Source: Dictyostelium discoideum
Lineage: Eukaryota
Length of the DNA: 64,000 bases
Reading direction: 5' to 3'
Assembly: GCA_000004695.1 (NCBI GenBank)
Contig: CM000153.2
Location: forward strand, 5,056,001 to 5,120,000
Part shown: positions 55,873 through 64,000 of the stretch, piece by piece
Layout: every line of letters begins with the position of its first letter
Position numbering within the stretch: the first letter of the stretch is position 1
The notes under the pieces: model-generated
Told to the model about the DNA's origin: nothing
Database searches by the model: none
The model's input: only the letters and a program-made list of their open reading frames with translations
Translations under genes and position numbers: made by a program

Positions 55873-57395
55873 AAAAAATAAAAAAGAGAAACATTAATTA
55901 ACTATTTATAATTTTAAAAATTAGAACCATAGATAGTCCAGGTAATCTTTTCAATTTTAATGGTAAATTCCCATTCTCCTCCTTTTATAAAAATTTAGAA
56001 CATTTGTAAATATTTAAAAATAATATTATTTATTATTATTACTAATAACATTATTATATTAATTTATTTTTATTAATATTCTTTTTTTTTAAAAATTATT
56101 CTTTTAGTGCTCTTAATGATGGTAATTTTTCAGAATTACCAAAATTAGAAGATGTTTTTAAAGAGAAAATAACTGTAATTAATTTGAATAATAATAGTAT
56201 TGGAGGAAACGTTCAAACCACATTGGATTTTGGTAAACTTCCAAATTTAAAGGTACTTAAATTAAAAAATAATAAATTAACAGGATCAATTGATGAAAGT
56301 TGGTGTAGAGTTAACTTTGATATTAGTAATAATCTTATTAGTGGTGAAGCTCCTGGTTGTGTTATTTGTCATGTTCCTGATCATCATCCACGTATTCGTG
56401 GAATTAATTTTACCAATTGGGATCCAAAACCACCATGCACTTCAATTATTCCAAATTTAATGTACGATAATTCTTCTGACCTACTCTTACTCTATGGTCA
56501 AGATATTGGCTTCTCGCCTATGGATATGTATATACTAGATATTTCATATAAATTCTCATTTTCCTGTGATATGCCTGGTTATCCTGAAATTTATAATACT
56601 CAATTCTGTTTAAAATACATTAGCACTGATGGACCAAATCCATATTCATTTAATATCACATACCAACACTTACCACCAGGATCAAAAACAACATTTGAAT
56701 TGGCAGCTTATAATATGTTTTTACCATTAGTTAATACCGCTATATTGGATTATTCCAATGAATCATTAACAATTGCTGGTAGATATTTCTCATACAATAA
56801 GACAGTAATTAATATTCAAGTTAATGGTAAAACCTGTAATATTGAATCATGTGATTTTAATGAAATTAAATGTAATTTTTCAAATGATAATAACAATAAT
56901 AGTAATTTTAATGGTTCAAATGTATTTGTACAAATTATGAATGTTTCATCGGAAATTTGCATTTCCAAATGTAATGATGATGTCCCTTATGAATGTGAAT
57001 TTAAATTTGAAAGATGTAATTGTAGTGAAGGATGGGAAGGTGACAATTGTGAAACTCTTAAAAGATGTCCAAATGATTGTAGTGGTGCAGGTATTTGTAA
57101 TCATATCACTGGAATATGTTTATGTAATTCTGGTAGAATACAAGATGATTGTAGTGTTTTAGGATTTGAATGTAAGTCAGATTGTTTAAATGGTTCAAAA
57201 TGTAATTATGCAATTGGTAAATGTGATTGTATACTTGGATGGGAAGGTGATGATTGCAGTTCAGAATTATCATCATCAGAACCATCATCATCATCAGAAC
57301 TATCATCATCAGAACCATCAAAATCAAACAAAATAATACTGCTCAGTGTTCTATTACCATCACTTGCATTGTTGGGTTTAATATTATCATTTTAA
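54525..57395 (+). CDS. Copy B of the LRR/EGF protein. It has the same seven-exon structure and carries two extra EGF-like units and a Ser/Glu-rich stalk before the C-terminal hydrophobic anchor.
   Basis: Exon 1 is MGRYFVFLLVFILFFNGFNSQIHKDD| at 54525..54603. Exons 2-6 are collinear with copy A at about 80-90% amino-acid identity. The last exon is ORF 56184..57395 and contains the extra EGF-like units CPNDCSGAGICNHITGICLCNSGRIQDDC and CKSDCLNGSKCNYAIGKCDCILGWEGDDC. Confidence 0.65.
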
Positions 57396-57519
57396 TGCAA
57401 AAACAATAATAAAAATAAATATAGTGTAAAACTAAATAAATAAATAAAAAAAACAATTATTTTTTATTATTATTATTATTATTATTACTATTTATTTTTA
57501 TAATTTTATTTTTTATTAT

Positions 57520-57554
<35 letters not shown>

Positions 57555-58044
57555 TTTTTTTTCATTTTTTTTAATCTTAAAAATAAAAAATTAAAAATAA
57601 AAATAAAAAAAACAAAGATAAAAATTTAAAGAAAAAAAATAAAAAAAAAATATCGATGAAACCTAAAATAGAACCTTTTTTTTCAATTTTCATGGAATTA
57701 ATATATTTTGCACCAAAAAATTAAGAAAAATACATTATGTATCATATTAATAGTGATCACCACTTTGGTGATTTAAAAAAACTTAAAACTTTTTTACAAA
57801 AAAAAAAAATAAAAAAAAATTATTTTTTAATTAATTTTTTTTATTTTTTTATTTTTTTTTTATTTAATTTTATTTATATTAAAAATAAAAATAATAAAAA
57901 TAATAAAAAAAAAAAAAAAAAAAATAATTTCATCAAAAAAAAAAAAAAAATTTTATTTAATATATATATATAAAAAAAAAAAAAAAAAAAAGAAATATAA
58001 AGAAATATAAAGAAATATATAAAGAAAAAAAAGAAAAAAAAAAA

Positions 58045-58975
58045 ATGTCATTTTTAAATAAATCAAATAATATTCCAAACTATATACAAAAAGAAATAAT
58101 TAAATTGATTTGTTATCAATGTAATAGAGTGAATAAAAAATTATGTGAATTTGATTTATATGAAGAAGAAGAAATTAAATATAAATCAATAAATAAAACT
58201 ATATTATCAATTTGTTTAACATCATGGTTCTGGTTTAAAACTTGTTCAACCTATATGAATGTAATAATTAATTTTAATAAATCAATTGATATTATAAATA
58301 ATAATAATAATAATAATAATAATTATTTTAATAATATTATTTATAATAATATAATAAATAATAATAATAATAAATATTCAATGTTAAAAATTGAAAATTT
58401 AACAACACTGGTATTAGAATCATCAATTATAAAAAGTATGAATTTCATTGAAAGATTAAATAAATTTTTAAATTTACAAGTTATAAAAACAAATTTAAAA
58501 AAGATATTAATTCATATAAATTATAGTAATAACAATAGTCAAAATAATCAATTGATATCAATGATTGGTAAAATTGATTTTCCGTTTATTAGAATTAGTA
58601 ATTTCGAATTTGATGTGTCAATAACCTCAATGACGACATCATTCATTCTACCAATTAATATTAAAAAGATTAAAAGTATTGGCGTATTAAAGAACTATTC
58701 ACCATCAATGATCATTTCAAATCTTAGAAATCTATCATTTAAAGAGATTTACATTTGTAATTATAATAATAAATTCCCATTTAAAGAACTATCAATTATG
58801 AATAAACTTTCATCGGTTCAATATTATGATACTCATAAAACTTCTATTAAAATTGATGACCTTTATTATATACTAAAATCAAGTCCAAATTTACAATTAT
58901 TATCATTTTATATTTGTATTGATGATTTAATTTATCAATTATCTTGTCCAAAACATAAACCAAAATCATGTCAAT

Positions 58976-59022
<47 letters not shown>

Positions 59023-59649
59023 TCATTATCAACAACCACTACCACTTCCACCTCCACCTCCACCACTTCATCAACTACAACTACTACAACAATTTCAAAT
59101 ACAACAAATAATGAATTTTCATTTTATTATTATTGGAGAATGGTTTGTAAATTAATTAAAAATCATAAGAAATTAAAAAGTTTATTTATTTATTCCTTAT
59201 GTAAAAATGGTGAAAATTGTGGTTTAAATTATTTAAATAAATTAAAAATGTCAAATCATTTCGTTAATCAATTTGGTGGTATGATATCAAAGAATAAATC
59301 AATAAAGAAATTAAATTTAGACGGTTTTAATTCACCAGATTTATTAAAACGTATAATTACCAATAATAATACTATCAATTCAATTCAATTTCAATTCCCA
59401 AATAATGGTAATAATATTTTAACAAATAATCAAAAATTAGAATATATTAATATTTTTGATAAATTATTAAATAATAATAATTATGATAATGATGACAGTG
59501 GATCACAACAACCACAATTACAACAACCACAACAACAACCACAACAACTACAACATTCTATAAAGAAATTCAAATTAATTGAAAATATAAGTAATCAAGT
59601 TGATTCAAAGGTTAAAACCGAAAAGGTTTTATTTTCTTTTGAAAAGTAA
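58045..59649 (+). CDS. Hypothetical Asn-rich orphan protein of 534 aa. It may be F-box/LRR-like.
   Basis: Intact ORF. The N-terminus is IPNYIQKEIIKLICYQ. Leu-rich segments follow, for example LKSLFIYSLCKNGENCGLNYLNKLKMS. Internal poly-N, poly-T and poly-Q runs are present. No confident domain match can be made by eye. Confidence 0.45.
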
Positions 59650-60183
59650 AAATAAAATTTCATGGTTCCAGAATGCTTTTTTTTTTAAAAAAAAAAAAAA
59701 TATCTTAATTTTAGTTTTTTATTTTAATGGAAAACAAGATATTTTTTTTTTTATTTTTTTAATTCACCTTTTAAATAAAATAATAAAATTAAAAGATATT
59801 TTTAAGTTATTTTTGATTCCAATTTTTTTTTTTTTTATATTCTTTAACTAAAACCATATGTTTTTTTTTTTTTTTTTTTTTTTCTATTTTTTTTTTTGGA
59901 TCAATAAGATATAATGAAGAAAAAAAAAAATATATTAATATGACCCGAGATGATTCTTTGGTTGATATACTTTTTTTTCCTACCCATTCCCCTTTGTTTT
60001 TTTTTTTAAAAAAAATATATTAATTAAAAGAATATTACCAATATTAAAATTCAAACTCCCTTAATATGTTTGTGTATATTCTCCATTTCTTTTTGTTGTT
60101 TCCTTAAAAAAAGTTTTTACAATCCAAAATATCATAATGTAAATGATTAAAAAAAGGAATTGAGTGTTGTTTAAATTTTTTTT

Positions 60184-60224
<41 letters not shown>

Positions 60225-60595
60225 TTTATAATAAAAATAAATTTAAAATAAATAAATAATAATAATTAACTATATTAAAATAAAAAGTAGGGATACAAAA
60301 AAAAATATCTATTTAAATTGAAAACAAAATAATATAAAAATAATTGGGGATTGTAAATTTACATATACCTCATTCTCTGATTATTTCAAAGAAAATATTT
60401 TATTTGATTTTTTTTTTTTGATTTGAATAAATCTTTTTAATTTTACAAATTTTTTTTTTTTTTTTTTTAAAATGTTATTTTTTTTTTTTTTTTTTTTTTT
60501 AAAAAAATCATTTCAAATTTTATAAAATAAATAAATAAATAAAAATAAAATGTCAAAAATAAATTCTTTATTTACAAAAAGTTAAAAAAGAAAAT

Positions 60596-61951
60596 TTGGA
60601 TTATATAATTGATGAAAAAAAAAGTTTATTATTTTTTAAAATTTGGAATAATATAATTTTAAAAAATAAAATTCTTTTAGAGAATAGATTATTTTTAATA
60701 AATTCAAGTCATAGAGTTTCATTTAATAATTTAAAAGAGTTGATACAATATCCACAACAATCTAAAGAGAATTTATATTTTATAAAATTTAATCACTCAC
60801 CGACTTCAAAGAATCTATACCACCATCAGTTGAAAATATCAATTAATAAATTGCATTAATGATGATAGTCAAATTAAATTTACATTTAATAAAAATAATA
60901 ATAATAATAATAATCATAATGGATTAATTATTAATGATGATAAAAAACTTCAATTATCTCATCATGAAAGAGCATTTATTGTTAATACGTTTATTCAATG
61001 TAGTTTTGAAACAATAAAATATGGATTAAATTTTAACCAAGATCTTATTGGTGGAATTTTACCACCTGGTGTAAATAAAATAAAATTTGTTGGTTCAAGA
61101 TCACCTTGTTCAATAAAACCATTCTCAATTCCTGTATCAGTTACATTTATTCAATTTTCAAGAAGTTCAAATTTTAATGAAATGATGGAAGAGAATTGTT
61201 TACCAAAAAAATTAAAAAGATTTGAAATGAGTGATTCTTATAGTAGATTAATTAAATTCCCACCATCACTAAGCAGACTTTCAATTGGTAAAGAATTTAC
61301 TCATTTTCCAATTAACAAGATATTATCAAATGATGGTAATTCATTGGAATTTTTAGATTTAACAAGGGCAAAACATTTCGATGGTAATTTTAAAGACTTA
61401 TCAAAATCAATTAAAACATTATCATTATCACTTGACAATATTTTCAGAGGTACAATTGATAATAAAAATTTCATACCTATTTAAATTTCAAATATAACTG
61501 AATTATATTTATGTAATATTAAACCAATGTCACCAACATATAAACTTAAAAACATGCCAAATAGTTATTTCCCATCATCAGTTACATCATTACATTTTAT
61601 TGATTGTTCAGTTTTAGAATTAAATCAAATTCATTCAAATATTACAATACTATCATTACCAAATGAATTTAATCATTAAAACAAATTTTTAATTCAAAAG
61701 TTAAATATTTATCATTGGGTTCTCAATTTAATCAAGATCTAACTTTACCAGAATCTTTACCAATTTCACTAATTACTTTAAATATTGGTTCTTCAAATTC
61801 ATTATCAAATGATAATTTAAAAATTGATCATTTAACTTTGAAAACAATTAAAACTTTTAATACAAATTTAAAATTTTTAAAATCAAATCTTTTAAATTCT
61901 TTAATCATTTCCCCAAATCATACAGTTAAAATTATAACAAAAAAATATTAA
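60596..61951 (+). pseudogene. Decayed FNIP-repeat gene. FNIP-type coding sequence is scattered over at least three different frames.
   Basis: Frame 2, 60596..60859, reads (TTG)DYIIDEKKSLLFFKIWNNIILKNKILLENRLF.... Frame 0, 60834..61484, reads ...YGLNFNQDLIGGILPPGVNKIKFVGS...LSIGKEFTHFPINKIL.... Frame 1, 61715..61951, reads LGSQFNQDLTLPESLPISLITLNIG.... No usable splice sites explain the frame changes. The 40-nt stretch between the candidate GTTGAA...AG pair is too short for an intron. Confidence 0.5.
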
Positions 61952-62373
61952 AACTTTAAATTTCTTTTTTTTATTTAACAATAATAAAAATAAATAAATA
62001 AAAGAATTATATTTTTAAAATATACAAAAAGTTGTTTAATTAATATATTTATTTTTTATTAATAATGATTATTGATGATATTAAACTATTAATGATTTTG
62101 AAAAAGATGATCTAGTATTAATTGGGAGAATTTCAATTATAGTGTATATATATATATTGGTGGTAGATGATTTGTTCCTACAAAAATAAAATCCAATTGG
62201 ATTACTTTTTCAGTTACAAATCCAATAGATCCAAAAAATTATCCACACTTTTTTTTTTTTTTGAAAAAAACAGTAAAACAAATAAATGAAAATAAGAAAT
62301 TTATAAAACTAAAAAAAAAAATAAAAATAAAAATAAAAATTAAAAAACTTGATCAAAAACGAAACCTTTTTTT

Positions 62374-62411
<38 letters not shown>

Positions 62412-62437
62412 CATTTCAAATAAATTAAATAAAAAAA

Positions 62438-63358
62438 ATGAGTGATATCAATGAAAGAAAACAAGCAATTTATGAAAAATTTCAAAAAGTTTTAAATGAA
62501 GAGAAATTAGGGAATGAAAGTGGTGAAAATAAAAAAGAAACAAATGTAAATAATAATAATAATATAGAAAAAGATATTCAAAAAAATAATGATGATAATC
62601 CAATACTTGAAAAACCAAATAGATTTGAAAGTGATATATTATTAGAAAAGAGAAGAAAAGAATTGGAAAAAGAGATTAACGAAATTAATGAAGCTTTAAA
62701 TAAAAAAGGAAGTTCAAGCCTTACTAAATCAAAACCAAAAGAATCATGGTATACATCCTATCCAAAATTAAATTCATTTTTTTCACATCCAGATTTTCGT
62801 GATTGGCAAAAATTCACTTCAATCATGTCAATTGCTGGTTTAGTAATGGGTGGTCTTCATGGTTATAGTGAAGGTAAAAAATATATTAGAGAATCTATTG
62901 CAAAATCCATACACAGTCCATTATCAATTTCATCTGTAAGTTTTAAAATTGAAAATAATTAAAATAATTAAAATAATAAAAATAATAATAACATTTTTTA
63001 AAAAATTTTAAATTTTAATTAGGTTCAATTAAATCAAAGAAAAACATTAGGTATAATGGTATTTAGATCATCATTAATATTTAGTTATAGATGTGGTTTA
63101 TATACAGCAACATTTTTAGGTACAGAATATTTATTAAAGAATAATGTTTTTGGTGAAAGTTTATTAAATAGAACATTGGCTGGTACTGCCATTGGTGTAT
63201 TAAGTGCTTTTCATATGAGAAAAAGAGGTAATTTAGTAGTTCCAATTTCAATTTGCATGGGAACTACCATTGGATTTTTTACTGGTTGTGCTGATTTATT
63301 AGTTGATAAATCTTTTAGAAAAATTGAACAATTAAAAAAAGAATCAGAAAATAAATAA
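62438..63358 (+). CDS. Tim17/Tim22/Tim23-like (PRAT family) four-helix membrane protein with an N-terminal coiled-coil extension. Exons are 62438..62935 and 63023..63358.
   Basis: Exon 1 ends ...SPLSISS at a GTAAGT donor. An aattag acceptor follows. Exon 2 reads VQLNQRKTLGIMVFRSS.... There are four Gly-rich hydrophobic segments: GLVMGGLHGY, CGLYTATFLGTEY, LAGTAIGVLSAF and ISICMGTTIGFFTG. Confidence 0.35.
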
Positions 63359-63922
63359 AAAAATAATAGTAATAATAAAAAATAAAAAAAATAAAATTAA
63401 TATAACAAATATAATTTATTTATTTAATTATTTATTTTTTATTATTTTTTGAACCCCCAAATTTGGAAAATCTAATATTTTGTAAAAAAAAAATAAAAAT
63501 AAAAAATAATAATAAGAAGTTAATAAATCAATCTCGATTTTAATTTTTTATCTCCTAAACAATATATCTATTTCAATAATAAAAATAAAAAAAAAAATAA
63601 TAATAATAATAATAATTGAGATTAATATAATTCTTCTTTTTTTATTTGTATTTTAAGTATTTAAAAGATATCAAAATCCTTTATTTTTTTTTTTTTTTTT
63701 ATTTTTATTTTTTTTTCATCTTTTTCAAAAAATTTTATTTTTTTTTAATTTTTTTTTTTTTTTTTTTTTTTTTTTTGACGAAACCGAATCATTTTTTTTT
63801 TTTCGTTTTTTTATTTTTAATTTTTTTATTTTTTTTATTTTTTATTTTTTTTTTTTATCTGTCTATTGTTAATCTATTATTTTATTTTATTTTTTTGTAA
63901 ATTACAATTGACAAGTATAAAG

Positions 63923-64000
63923 AATGACAGATTTTATTAGAGGTAAAACTCAACATAAAGTTATCTCAGAGAAATTAGAAGATCAAGAAATTGTTAGTAC
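63923..64000 (+). CDS. Possible 5' end of a further gene that runs off the window.
   Basis: Reads ATG ACA GAT TTT ATT AGA GGT AAA ACT CAA CAT AAA GTT ATC TCA GAG AAA TTA GAA GAT CAA GAA ATT GTT and is open to the window edge. It follows a long poly-T promoter-like tract. Confidence 0.25.

Noticed and set aside
60834-60875. Putative 40-nt intron (GTTGAAAAT...GATGATAG) to reconcile the FNIP frame shift.
   Set aside because: It is far shorter than typical introns in this genome, and GTTGAA is a weak donor. Later shifts and stops cannot be rescued the same way. The locus is treated as a pseudogene.

Overview
This is eukaryotic DNA. It is very AT-rich, has long (AAT)n, (CAA)n and poly-A/T tracts, and uses short AT-rich introns with GTAAGT/GTATGT donors and T-rich ...AG acceptors. 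Poly-Asn, poly-Gln and poly-Thr coding runs are frequent, and there are FNIP-repeat genes. All of this points to a Dictyostelium discoideum-type social amoeba chromosome arm. The window is gene-dense, with about 24 protein-coding genes on both strands. Several ORFs in the supplied track begin at TTG rather than ATG. This was checked directly for 32117, 36913, 51944 and 60596 (53355 and 61715 also start at TTG); in each case the true start is a downstream ATG or an upstream spliced exon.

Genes recognised:
- MED25-like Mediator subunit (minus strand, runs off the 5' edge of the window)
- APC11 RING subunit, in three exons
- an EGF-like/Pro-Thr-rich type I membrane protein
- a 6.4-kb gene that joins a VIT-VWA module to an eIF4G core
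- an Asn-rich orphan ORF broken by a single in-frame TAA
- a small Gly-rich protein
- one intact FNIP-repeat gene and one decayed FNIP-repeat gene
- a ponticulin-like GPI protein
- SUMO E1 subunit UBA2
- an RWP-RK protein
- a three-unit polyubiquitin gene with HSE-like repeats upstream
- a YqjM-type Old Yellow Enzyme with three exons
- an HSL-family esterase
- a stand-alone ubiquitin-like (UBL) protein
- the tRNA 2'-phosphotransferase Tpt1
- a roughly 5,200-aa HECT/PH/SPRY E3 ligase (hectPH1-like)
- a tandem pair of seven-exon LRR/EGF surface-protein genes
- an orphan gene
- a Tim17/PRAT-like membrane protein
- the first few codons of another gene at the 3' edge

No tRNA, rRNA, CRISPR array or clear transposon was found. 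Coordinates of splice sites were worked out by hand and may be off by 1-2 nt.
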